A DNA stretch of 64,000 bases, taken from Escherichia coli. GTDB lineage: Bacteria > Pseudomonadota > Gammaproteobacteria > Enterobacterales > Enterobacteriaceae. Shown here one piece after another: positions 24,827 to 40,878 of this stretch. The translations under genes were made by a program, and so were the position numbers. The notes beneath the pieces were generated by a model. That model ran no database searches and had not been told where the DNA came from. It saw only the letters and a program-made list of their open reading frames with translations. The first letter of the stretch is position 1. Each line of letters starts with the position of its first letter. The stretch is from NCBI RefSeq assembly GCF_013122565.1, contig NZ_CP053258.1. One strand, written 5' to 3'.

Positions 24827-27454
24827 ATGAGCGACCTTGCGAGAGAAATTACACCGGTCAACATTGAGGAAGAGCTGAAGAGCTCCTATCTGGATTATGC
24901 GATGTCGGTCATTGTTGGCCGTGCGCTGCCAGATGTCCGAGATGGCCTGAAGCCGGTACACCGTCGCGTACTTTACGCCATGAACGTACTAGGCAATGAC
25001 TGGAACAAAGCCTATAAAAAATCTGCCCGTGTCGTTGGTGACGTAATCGGTAAATACCATCCCCATGGTGACTCGGCGGTTTATGACACGATCGTCCGTA
25101 TGGCGCAGCCATTCTCGCTGCGTTACATGCTGGTAGACGGTCAGGGTAACTTCGGTTCCATCGACGGCGACTCTGCGGCGGCAATGCGTTATACGGAAAT
25201 CCGTCTGGCGAAAATTGCCCATGAACTGATGGCCGATCTCGAAAAAGAGACGGTCGATTTCGTTGATAACTATGACGGCACGGAAAAAATTCCCGACGTC
25301 ATGCCAACCAAAATTCCTAACCTGCTGGTGAACGGTTCTTCCGGTATCGCCGTAGGTATGGCAACCAACATCCCGCCGCACAACCTGACGGAAGTCATCA
25401 ACGGTTGTCTGGCGTATATCGATGATGAAGACATCAGCATTGAAGGGCTGATGGAACACATCCCGGGGCCGGACTTCCCGACGGCGGCAATCATTAACGG
25501 TCGTCGCGGTATTGAAGAAGCTTACCGTACCGGTCGCGGCAAGGTATATATCCGCGCCCGTGCTGAAGTGGAAGTTGACGCCAAAACCGGACGTGAAACC
25601 ATTATCGTCCACGAAATTCCGTATCAGGTAAACAAAGCGCGCCTGATCGAGAAGATTGCGGAACTGGTAAAAGAAAAACGCGTGGAAGGCATCAGCGCGC
25701 TGCGTGACGAGTCTGACAAAGACGGTATGCGCATCGTGATTGAAGTGAAACGCGATGCGGTCGGTGAAGTTGTGCTCAACAACCTCTACTCCCAGACCCA
25801 GTTGCAGGTTTCTTTCGGTATCAACATGGTGGCATTGCACCATGGTCAGCCAAAGATCATGAACCTGAAAGACATCATCGCGGCGTTTGTTCGTCACCGC
25901 CGTGAAGTGGTGACCCGTCGTACTATTTTCGAACTGCGTAAAGCTCGCGATCGTGCTCATATCCTTGAAGCATTAGCCGTGGCGCTGGCGAACATCGACC
26001 CGATCATCGAACTGATCCGTCATGCGCCGACGCCTGCAGAAGCGAAAACTGCGCTGGTTGCTAATCCGTGGCAGCTGGGTAACGTTGCCGCCATGCTCGA
26101 ACGTGCGGGCGACGATGCTGCGCGTCCGGAATGGCTGGAGCCAGAGTTCGGCGTGCGTGACGGTCTGTACTACCTGACCGAACAGCAAGCCCAGGCAATT
26201 CTGGATCTGCGTTTGCAGAAACTGACCGGCCTTGAGCACGAAAAACTGCTCGACGAATACAAAGAGCTGCTGGATCAGATCGCGGAACTGTTGCGTATTC
26301 TTGGTAGCGCCGATCGTCTGATGGAAGTGATCCGCGAAGAGCTGGAGCTGGTTCGTGAACAGTTCGGTGACAAACGTCGTACTGAAATCACCGCCAACAG
26401 CGCAGACATCAACCTGGAAGATCTGATCACCCAGGAAGATGTGGTCGTGACGCTCTCTCACCAGGGCTACGTTAAATATCAGCCGCTTTCTGAATACGAA
26501 GCGCAGCGTCGTGGCGGGAAAGGTAAATCTGCCGCACGTATTAAAGAAGAAGACTTTATCGACCGACTGCTGGTGGCGAACACGCACGATCATATCCTGT
26601 GCTTCTCCAGCCGTGGTCGCGTCTATTCGATGAAAGTTTATCAGTTGCCAGAAGCCACTCGTGGTGCGCGCGGTCGTCCGATCGTCAACCTGCTGCCGCT
26701 GGAGCAGGACGAACGTATCACCGCGATCTTGCCGGTGACCGAGTTTGAAGAAGGCGTGAAAGTCTTCATGGCGACCGCTAACGGTACCGTGAAGAAAACT
26801 GTCCTCACCGAATTCAACCGTCTGCGTACCGCCGGTAAAGTGGCGATCAAACTGGTTGAAGGCGATGAGTTGATCGGCGTTGACCTGACCAGTGGCGAAG
26901 ATGAAGTAATGCTGTTCTCCGCCGAAGGTAAAGTGGTGCGCTTTAAAGAGTCTTCTGTCCGTGCGATGGGCTGCAATACCACTGGTGTGCGCGGTATTCG
27001 CTTAGGCGAAGGCGATAAAGTCGTCTCTCTGATCGTGCCTCGTGGCGATGGCGCAATCCTCACCGCAACGCAAAACGGTTATGGTAAGCGTACCGCAGTG
27101 GCGGAATACCCAACCAAGTCGCGTGCGACGAAAGGGGTTATCTCCATCAAGGTTACCGAACGTAACGGTTTAGTGGTTGGCGCGGTGCAGGTAGATGACT
27201 GCGACCAGATCATGATGATCACCGATGCCGGTACGCTGGTACGTACTCGCGTTTCGGAAATCAGCATCGTGGGCCGTAACACCCAGGGCGTGATCCTCAT
27301 CCGTACTGCGGAAGATGAAAACGTAGTGGGTCTGCAACGTGTTGCTGAACCGGTTGACGAGGAAGATCTGGATACCATCGACGGCAGTGCCGCGGAAGGG
27401 GACGATGAAATCGCTCCGGAAGTGGACGTTGACGACGAGCCAGAAGAAGAATAA
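24827..27454 (+). CDS. gyrA: DNA gyrase subunit A
   Basis: 875 aa; [15 protein letters not shown]; acidic C-terminal tail. Confidence 0.97.
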   Translation: MSDLAREITPVNIEEELKSSYLDYAMSVIVGRALPDVRDGLKPVHRRVLYAMNVLGNDWNKAYKKSARVVGDVIGKYHPHGDSAVYDTIVRMAQPFSLRYMLVDGQGNFGSIDGDSAAAMRYTEIRLAKIAHELMADLEKETVDFVDNYDGTEKIPDVMPTKIPNLLVNGSSGIAVGMATNIPPHNLTEVINGCLAYIDDEDISIEGLMEHIPGPDFPTAAIINGRRGIEEAYRTGRGKVYIRARAEVEVDAKTGRETIIVHEIPYQVNKARLIEKIAELVKEKRVEGISALRDESDKDGMRIVIEVKRDAVGEVVLNNLYSQTQLQVSFGINMVALHHGQPKIMNLKDIIAAFVRHRREVVTRRTIFELRKARDRAHILEALAVALANIDPIIELIRHAPTPAEAKTALVANPWQLGNVAAMLERAGDDAARPEWLEPEFGVRDGLYYLTEQQAQAILDLRLQKLTGLEHEKLLDEYKELLDQIAELLRILGSADRLMEVIREELELVREQFGDKRRTEITANSADINLEDLITQEDVVVTLSHQGYVKYQPLSEYEAQRRGGKGKSAARIKEEDFIDRLLVANTHDHILCFSSRGRVYSMKVYQLPEATRGARGRPIVNLLPLEQDERITAILPVTEFEEGVKVFMATANGTVKKTVLTEFNRLRTAGKVAIKLVEGDELIGVDLTSGEDEVMLFSAEGKVVRFKESSVRAMGCNTTGVRGIRLGEGDKVVSLIVPRGDGAILTATQNGYGKRTAVAEYPTKSRATKGVISIKVTERNGLVVGAVQVDDCDQIMMITDAGTLVRTRVSEISIVGRNTQGVILIRTAEDENVVGLQRVAEPVDEEDLDTIDGSAAEGDDEIAPEVDVDDEPEEE

Positions 27455-27474
27455 TTTTACTTCTTCATGCCAAA

Positions 27475-27496
27475 AGGGAGCTATCTCCCTTGTTTG
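27475..27496 (+). terminator. Candidate gyrA terminator hairpin
   Basis: agggag-ctat-ctccct followed by tgtttg; a second imperfect hairpin with T-run at about 27510-27535. Confidence 0.4.
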
Positions 27497-27602
27497 AATT
27501 GAAAAGTCCAGGCTGCAAAGTCTGGGCTTTTGTCGTATTAGGGCGCGGTAAAGTTTGGCTGTGCCCGTAAAAAATGGCTGGCTATACACAAGGAATGTGG
27601 CA

Positions 27603-34449
<6,847 letters not shown>

Positions 34450-36099
34450 GTGAACTGGCGCAGAATCGTCTGGCTATTGGCGTTGGTTACTCAGCCAACG
34501 CTTGCGGAGGAGACGCCGTTACAACTGGCGCTGCGGGGCGCGCAGCACGATCAACTGTATCGGCTGTCGTCATCAGGCGTGACCAAAGTCTCGGCATTAC
34601 CTGACACGCTCACCACGCCGTTAGGGAGTTTGTGGAAACTGTATGTTTACGCCTGGCTGGAGGATACCCATCAACCGGAGCAGCCCTACCAGTGTCGCGG
34701 AAACTCCCCGGAAGAGGTTTATTGTTGTCAGGCTGGGGAGAGCATAACGCGCGATACCGCGCTGGTACGTTCCTGTGGGCTCTATTTTGCGCCGCAGCGG
34801 TTGCATATTGGCGCAGATGTGTGGGGGCAATACTGGCAACAGCGTCAGGCACCTGCGTGGTTAGCGTCTCTTACTACGCTGAAGCCAGAAACCTCGGTAA
34901 CGGTTAAATCGCTGCTTGATTCATTAGCGACGTTACCTGCGCAAAACAAAGCTCAGGAAGTCTTACTGGATGTGGTGCTGGACGAGGCGAAAATCGGTGT
35001 CGCATCCATGCTCGGTAGTCGGGTACGGGTGAAAACCTGGAGCTGGTTTGCCGATGATAAACAGGAAATCCGTCAGGGTGGTTTTGCTGGCTGGTTAACC
35101 GATGGTACACCGCTGTGGGTTACTGGCAGTGGCACCAGCAAAACGGTACTAACCCGTTATGCGACGGTGCTTAATCGGGTTTTGCCAGTGCCGACGCAGG
35201 TTGCCAGTGGGCAATGTGTAGAGGTGGAGCTGTTTGCCCGCTATCCGCTGAAGAAAATCACAGCGGAAAAGAGTACGACGGCAGTAAAACCCGGCGTACT
35301 TAATGGGCGCTATCGTGTGACATTTGCCAATGGTAACCACATTACGTTTGTCAGCCACGGTGAGACGACCTTACTGAGCGAAAAGGGCAAACTGAAATTG
35401 CAGTCGCATCTCGATCGTGAAGAGTATGTTGCCAGAGTTCTGGATCGCGAGGCGAAAAGTACGCCACCTGAGGCAGCGAAAGCCATGACCGTGGCGATAC
35501 GCACTTTTTTACAGCAAAACGCCAATCGGGAAGGCGATTGCCTGACCATCCCTGACAGCAGCGCCACGCAGCGTGTTTCGGCTTCGCCAGCGACCACGGG
35601 GGCGCGAACGATGACCGCCTGGACGCAGGATCTCATCTATGCGGGCGATCCGGTTCATTATCACGGCAGTCGCGCTAGCGAAGGGACGCTTTCCTGGCGG
35701 CAAGCCACGGCCCAGGCGGGGCAGGGAGAGCGTTACGACCAGATACTCGCGTTTGCTTATCCCGACAACAGCCTTAGCCGCTGGGGAGCGCCACGCTCAA
35801 CCTGCCAGTTATTACCCAAAGCGAAAGCCTGGCTGGCGAAAAAAATGCCGCAGTGGCGGCGTATATTACAAGGCGAGACAGGGTACAACGAACCAGACGT
35901 GTTTGCGGTCTGTCGTTTAGTCTCAGGTTTCCCCTATACCGATCGGCAGCAGAAACGGCTGTTTATTCGTAACTTCTTTACGCTTCAGGATCGGCTGGAT
36001 TTAACCCATGAGTATCTGCACCTGGCCTTTGATGGTTATCCCACCGGGCTTGATGAGAACTATATCGAAACGCTGACCCGACAATTATTAATGGACTAA
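34450..36099 (+). CDS. yfaQ: DUF2300-family exported protein
   Basis: 549 aa; GTG start immediately after yfaS TAA stop; signal peptide. Confidence 0.75.
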   Translation: MNWRRIVWLLALVTQPTLAEETPLQLALRGAQHDQLYRLSSSGVTKVSALPDTLTTPLGSLWKLYVYAWLEDTHQPEQPYQCRGNSPEEVYCCQAGESITRDTALVRSCGLYFAPQRLHIGADVWGQYWQQRQAPAWLASLTTLKPETSVTVKSLLDSLATLPAQNKAQEVLLDVVLDEAKIGVASMLGSRVRVKTWSWFADDKQEIRQGGFAGWLTDGTPLWVTGSGTSKTVLTRYATVLNRVLPVPTQVASGQCVEVELFARYPLKKITAEKSTTAVKPGVLNGRYRVTFANGNHITFVSHGETTLLSEKGKLKLQSHLDREEYVARVLDREAKSTPPEAAKAMTVAIRTFLQQNANREGDCLTIPDSSATQRVSASPATTGARTMTAWTQDLIYAGDPVHYHGSRASEGTLSWRQATAQAGQGERYDQILAFAYPDNSLSRWGAPRSTCQLLPKAKAWLAKKMPQWRRILQGETGYNEPDVFAVCRLVSGFPYTDRQQKRLFIRNFFTLQDRLDLTHEYLHLAFDGYPTGLDENYIETLTRQLLMD

Positions 36100-36103
36100 T
36101 GCT

Positions 36104-36880
36104 ATGCGAAAGATTTTTCTTCCGTTGTTACTGGTGGCGCTTTCGCCTGTCGCTCACAGTGAAGGTGTGCAGGAAGTCGAGATTGATGCACCGCTCTCTG
36201 GCTGGCATCCGGCAGAGGGCGAAGATGCCAGTTTTTCACAATCGATCAATTACCCGGCGTCGTCCGTCAACATGGCAGATGATCAAAATATCTCAGCGCA
36301 GATCCGCGGCAAAATAAAAAATTATGCTGCGGCGGGTAAGGTTCAGCAGGGCCGGCTGGTGATCAACGGTGCCAGTATGCCGCAGAGAATTGAATCCGAT
36401 GGTTCATTTGCACGCCCTTATATTTTCACTGAAGGCAGCAACAGCGTGCAGGTCATCAGCCCGGATGGGCAAAGCCGACAAAAAATGCAGTTTTACTCAA
36501 CGCCGGGTACAGGAACGATTCGTGCACGTTTACGGCTGGTTCTCTCGTGGGATACGGACAATACCGATCTCGATCTCCATGTTGTCACGCCCGATGGCGA
36601 ACACGCCTGGTACGGTAACACCGTGCTGAAAAACAGTGGTGCACTGGATATGGATGTCACGACGGGGTACGGACCCGAGATTTTCGCCATGCCAGCACCA
36701 GTTCACGGGCGCTATCAGGTGTATATCAACTACTATGGTGGGCGCAGCGAAACGGAATTAACCACCGCCCAACTGACGCTGATCACCGATGAAGGATCGG
36801 TCAATGAGAAACAGGAAACATTTATTGTACCGATGCGTAATGCTGGCGAGCTGACGCTGGTGAAAAGTTTTGACTGGTGA
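36104..36880 (+). CDS. yfaP: DUF2135-family exported protein
   Basis: 258 aa; ATG 4 nt after yfaQ stop; signal peptide. Confidence 0.8.
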   Translation: MRKIFLPLLLVALSPVAHSEGVQEVEIDAPLSGWHPAEGEDASFSQSINYPASSVNMADDQNISAQIRGKIKNYAAAGKVQQGRLVINGASMPQRIESDGSFARPYIFTEGSNSVQVISPDGQSRQKMQFYSTPGTGTIRARLRLVLSWDTDNTDLDLHVVTPDGEHAWYGNTVLKNSGALDMDVTTGYGPEIFAMPAPVHGRYQVYINYYGGRSETELTTAQLTLITDEGSVNEKQETFIVPMRNAGELTLVKSFDW

Positions 36881-36934
36881 TCCATCCCTTCACACAACCT
36901 GGCGCTCTCTTTTTTCAGATAAGACTGCTGGGCG

Positions 36935-36978
36935 ATCTGCCGACGCCAGGATATAACCATTAACAAGCGTCGGCAGAT
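36935..36978. other. Perfect 12-bp inverted repeat with 20-nt loop at the yfaP-rcsC junction
   Basis: atctgccgacgc ... gcgtcggcagat. Confidence 0.6.
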
Positions 36979-37151
36979 TGGTCATTTCTTATTCGTACTG
37001 AGAACTGTCCATTTACTCTGGCTTTCCTGGTTAAGGCAATGGTTTCCAAGCGATACGCATTATTGCAATGGTGACAGAACATTGCGGTAACACGCTTTTA
37101 CCGCTACCTTAACCACACTCCATCGGTCACCTGAGGCGGAGCTTCGCCCCT

Positions 37152-40001
37152 TTGAAATACCTTGCTTCTTTTCGTACAACCCTGAAAGCCTCGCGCTACA
37201 TGTTCAGAGCATTGGCGTTAGTGCTCTGGCTGTTGATTGCTTTTTCATCCGTTTTTTACATCGTTAATGCGTTACATCAGCGAGAATCGGAAATTCGTCA
37301 GGAATTTAATCTGAGTTCCGATCAGGCTCAGCGCTTTATTCAACGCACCTCTGATGTGATGAAAGAGCTGAAGTACATCGCTGAAAATCGCTTATCGGTA
37401 GAAAACGGTGTGCTTTCCCCGCGTGGACGAGAAACGCAGGCAGATGTGCCTGCGTTTGAACCGCTGTTTGCCGACTCCGATTGTTCCGCAATGAGTAACA
37501 CCTGGCGAGGTTCTCTGGAGTCATTGGCGTGGTTTATGCGCTACTGGCGCGATAATTTTTCTGCGGCTTACGATCTCAACCGGGTATTTTTAATCGGCAG
37601 CGATAACCTCTGCATGGCCAATTTCGGTCTGCGTGATATGCCAGTGGAACGCGATACCGCGTTGAAAGCTTTGCATGAACGCATCAATAAATATCGAAAT
37701 GCACCACAAGATGATAGCGGCAGTAACCTCTACTGGATCAGCGAAGGTCCGCGCCCTGGCGTCGGGTATTTTTACGCGTTGACGCCAGTTTATCTGGCGA
37801 ACCGGTTGCAGGCGCTTTTGGGTGTCGAGCAAACCATCCGGATGGAGAACTTTTTCTTACCGGGTACGTTGCCGATGGGGGTTACCATTCTTGATGAAAA
37901 TGGTCATACCCTGATTTCGCTTACCGGACCAGAAAGCAAAATTAAGGGCGATCCTCGCTGGATGCAGGAACGCTCCTGGTTTGGCTATACGGAAGGGTTC
38001 CGGGAGCTGGTGCTGAAGAAAAATCTGCCACCCTCATCGCTAAGCATCGTGTATTCGGTGCCGGTTGATAAGGTGCTGGAACGCATTCGCATGTTGATCC
38101 TTAACGCAATTTTGCTGAATGTGCTTGCCGGAGCTGCATTGTTTACTCTCGCGCGGATGTACGAGCGACGTATTTTCATTCCGGCGGAAAGCGACGCCCT
38201 GCGACTGGAAGAACATGAGCAGTTCAATCGCAAGATTGTCGCCTCCGCGCCAGTGGGTATCTGCATTTTGCGTACCGCTGATGGCGTCAATATTTTAAGT
38301 AACGAACTGGCGCATACCTATCTCAATATGCTTACGCATGAGGACCGCCAACGACTGACGCAAATTATCTGTGGGCAGCAGGTCAATTTTGTTGATGTCC
38401 TGACCAGCAACAATACCAATCTGCAAATCAGCTTCGTCCATTCGCGCTATCGTAATGAAAACGTGGCCATTTGTGTGCTGGTGGATGTTTCTTCGCGCGT
38501 GAAGATGGAAGAGTCGTTGCAGGAGATGGCACAAGCAGCGGAACAGGCGAGCCAGTCAAAATCGATGTTCCTTGCCACCGTCAGTCATGAGCTGCGAACG
38601 CCGCTGTATGGCATTATCGGTAACCTGGATCTTTTGCAAACCAAAGAGTTACCGAAAGGCGTCGATCGTCTGGTGACGGCAATGAACAACTCTTCCAGCC
38701 TGTTGTTGAAAATTATCAGCGATATTCTCGATTTCTCGAAGATTGAATCGGAACAGTTGAAGATCGAACCGCGTGAGTTTTCACCGCGTGAAGTGATGAA
38801 CCACATCACCGCCAACTATTTACCGCTGGTGGTACGCAAGCAGTTAGGCTTGTACTGCTTTATTGAACCGGATGTGCCAGTGGCCTTAAATGGCGACCCG
38901 ATGCGTTTACAGCAGGTCATCTCCAACCTGTTGAGTAACGCCATAAAATTCACCGATACCGGCTGTATAGTTTTGCATGTCCGCGCTGATGGCGATTATC
39001 TCTCTATCCGTGTTCGCGATACCGGCGTGGGGATCCCGGCGAAAGAAGTGGTGCGCTTGTTTGATCCCTTCTTCCAGGTCGGAACGGGCGTACAGCGAAA
39101 CTTCCAGGGGACCGGTCTGGGTCTGGCGATTTGTGAAAAACTGATCAGCATGATGGACGGCGACATCTCGGTAGATTCAGAACCGGGAATGGGCAGCCAG
39201 TTTACCGTGCGTATTCCGTTGTACGGCGCTCAGTACCCGCAGAAAAAAGGCGTGGAAGGGTTGAGTGGTAAACGCTGCTGGCTGGCGGTCCGCAATGCGT
39301 CACTCTGTCAGTTCCTGGAAACCAGTTTGCAGCGCAGCGGCATCGTCGTAACAACATACGAAGGGCAGGAACCGACTCCCGAAGATGTGTTAATCACTGA
39401 CGAGGTAGTGAGTAAAAAATGGCAGGGCAGAGCGGTAGTGACCTTCTGTCGTCGACATATTGGTATTCCGCTGGAGAAAGCGCCAGGGGAGTGGGTACAC
39501 AGTGTGGCTGCTCCGCATGAGCTACCGGCATTGTTGGCGCGTATTTATTTGATCGAGATGGAGAGCGACGATCCTGCTAACGCTCTGCCGTCGACGGACA
39601 AAGCGGTCAGCGATAATGACGATATGATGTTTCTGGTCGTGGATGATCATCCGATTAACCGACGTCTGCTGGCAGATCAGTTGGGATCGTTGGGCTATCA
39701 ATGTAAAACCGCGAATGATGGCGTCGATGCGCTTAATGTACTTAGCAAGAATCATATTGATATCGTGCTTAGCGACGTCAACATGCCAAATATGGATGGT
39801 TACCGCTTGACGCAACGCATTCGTCAGTTGGGACTGACGTTGCCGGTAATCGGAGTAACTGCTAATGCGTTGGCTGAAGAGAAGCAGCGGTGTCTGGAGT
39901 CCGGTATGGACAGCTGCCTGTCGAAGCCGGTAACGCTGGATGTGATAAAACAGACGCTGACGGTATATGCCGAGAGGGTCAGGAAATCGCGGGAATCGTA
40001 G
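37152..40001 (+). CDS. rcsC: Rcs phosphorelay hybrid sensor histidine kinase
   Basis: 949 aa; HisKA H-box (SHELRTPL), HATPase and C-terminal receiver domain; apparent TTG start. Confidence 0.92.
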   Translation: MKYLASFRTTLKASRYMFRALALVLWLLIAFSSVFYIVNALHQRESEIRQEFNLSSDQAQRFIQRTSDVMKELKYIAENRLSVENGVLSPRGRETQADVPAFEPLFADSDCSAMSNTWRGSLESLAWFMRYWRDNFSAAYDLNRVFLIGSDNLCMANFGLRDMPVERDTALKALHERINKYRNAPQDDSGSNLYWISEGPRPGVGYFYALTPVYLANRLQALLGVEQTIRMENFFLPGTLPMGVTILDENGHTLISLTGPESKIKGDPRWMQERSWFGYTEGFRELVLKKNLPPSSLSIVYSVPVDKVLERIRMLILNAILLNVLAGAALFTLARMYERRIFIPAESDALRLEEHEQFNRKIVASAPVGICILRTADGVNILSNELAHTYLNMLTHEDRQRLTQIICGQQVNFVDVLTSNNTNLQISFVHSRYRNENVAICVLVDVSSRVKMEESLQEMAQAAEQASQSKSMFLATVSHELRTPLYGIIGNLDLLQTKELPKGVDRLVTAMNNSSSLLLKIISDILDFSKIESEQLKIEPREFSPREVMNHITANYLPLVVRKQLGLYCFIEPDVPVALNGDPMRLQQVISNLLSNAIKFTDTGCIVLHVRADGDYLSIRVRDTGVGIPAKEVVRLFDPFFQVGTGVQRNFQGTGLGLAICEKLISMMDGDISVDSEPGMGSQFTVRIPLYGAQYPQKKGVEGLSGKRCWLAVRNASLCQFLETSLQRSGIVVTTYEGQEPTPEDVLITDEVVSKKWQGRAVVTFCRRHIGIPLEKAPGEWVHSVAAPHELPALLARIYLIEMESDDPANALPSTDKAVSDNDDMMFLVVDDHPINRRLLADQLGSLGYQCKTANDGVDALNVLSKNHIDIVLSDVNMPNMDGYRLTQRIRQLGLTLPVIGVTANALAEEKQRCLESGMDSCLSKPVTLDVIKQTLTVYAERVRKSRES

Positions 40002-40200
40002 GACGGATAAGGTGTTTATGCCGCATCTGGCATTCAGTGCAAATGCCAGATGCGACGCTGACGCGTCTTATCTGGCCTACTTTAATGTAATCTGTTGAAA
40101 TAATGGGAATCGTAGGACGGATAAGGCGTTTACGCCGCATCCGGCAATCGGTGCAAATGCCAGATAAGACACTAACTAGTCTTATCTGGCCTACATCTGG
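39991..40200. repeat. Tandem duplication (period 114 bp) of a REP-containing unit
   Basis: gggaatcgtaggacggataagg occurs at 39991 and 40105, each followed by REP palindromes; the first copy includes the last 11 nt of rcsC. Confidence 0.7.
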
Positions 40201-40211
40201 CCTACAGATGA

Positions 40212-40862
40212 TTAGTCTTTATCTGCCGGACTTAAGGTCACAGAAGAGAGATAATTCAGCAGGGCGATATCGTTCTCGACACCCAGCTTCATCATCGCAG
40301 ATTTCTTCTGGCTACTGATGGTTTTAATACTGCGGTTCAGCTTTTTAGCGATCTCGGTCACCAGGAAGCCTTCCGCAAACAGGCGCAGAACTTCACTCTC
40401 TTTTGGCGAGAGACGCTTGTCACCGTAACCACCAGCACTGATTTTTTCCAACAGGCGAGAAACGCTTTCCGGGGTAAATTTCTTCCCTTTCTGCAGCGCG
40501 GCGAGAGCTTTCGGCAGATCGGTCGGTGCACCTTGTTTCAGCACGATCCCTTCAATATCCAGATCCAATACCGCACTAAGAATCGCCGGGTTGTTGTTCA
40601 TAGTCAGAACAATGATCGACAGGCTTGGGAAATGGCGCTTGATGTACTTGATTAAGGTAATACCATCGCCGTACTTATCGCCAGGCATGGAGAGATCGGT
40701 AATCAACACATGCGCATCCAGTTTCGGCAGGTTGTTGATCAGTGCTGTAGAGTCTTCAAATTCGCCGACAACATTCACCCACTCAATTTGCTCAAGTGAT
40801 TTGCGAATACCGAACAAGACTATCGGATGGTCATCGGCAATAATTACGTTCATATTGTTCAT
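40212..40862 (-). CDS. rcsB: Rcs response regulator (LuxR/FixJ family)
   Basis: 216 aa from ATG 40862 (MNNMNVIIADDHPIV); receiver domain plus C-terminal HTH. Confidence 0.95.
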   Translation of the reverse strand: MNNMNVIIADDHPIVLFGIRKSLEQIEWVNVVGEFEDSTALINNLPKLDAHVLITDLSMPGDKYGDGITLIKYIKRHFPSLSIIVLTMNNNPAILSAVLDLDIEGIVLKQGAPTDLPKALAALQKGKKFTPESVSRLLEKISAGGYGDKRLSPKESEVLRLFAEGFLVTEIAKKLNRSIKTISSQKKSAMMKLGVENDIALLNYLSSVTLSPADKD

Positions 40863-40878
40863 GTAATAGGCTACCTTG

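Noticed and set aside
24989-25960. 323-aa minus-strand ORF inside gyrA
   Set aside because: Antisense artefact within an essential, clearly assigned gene
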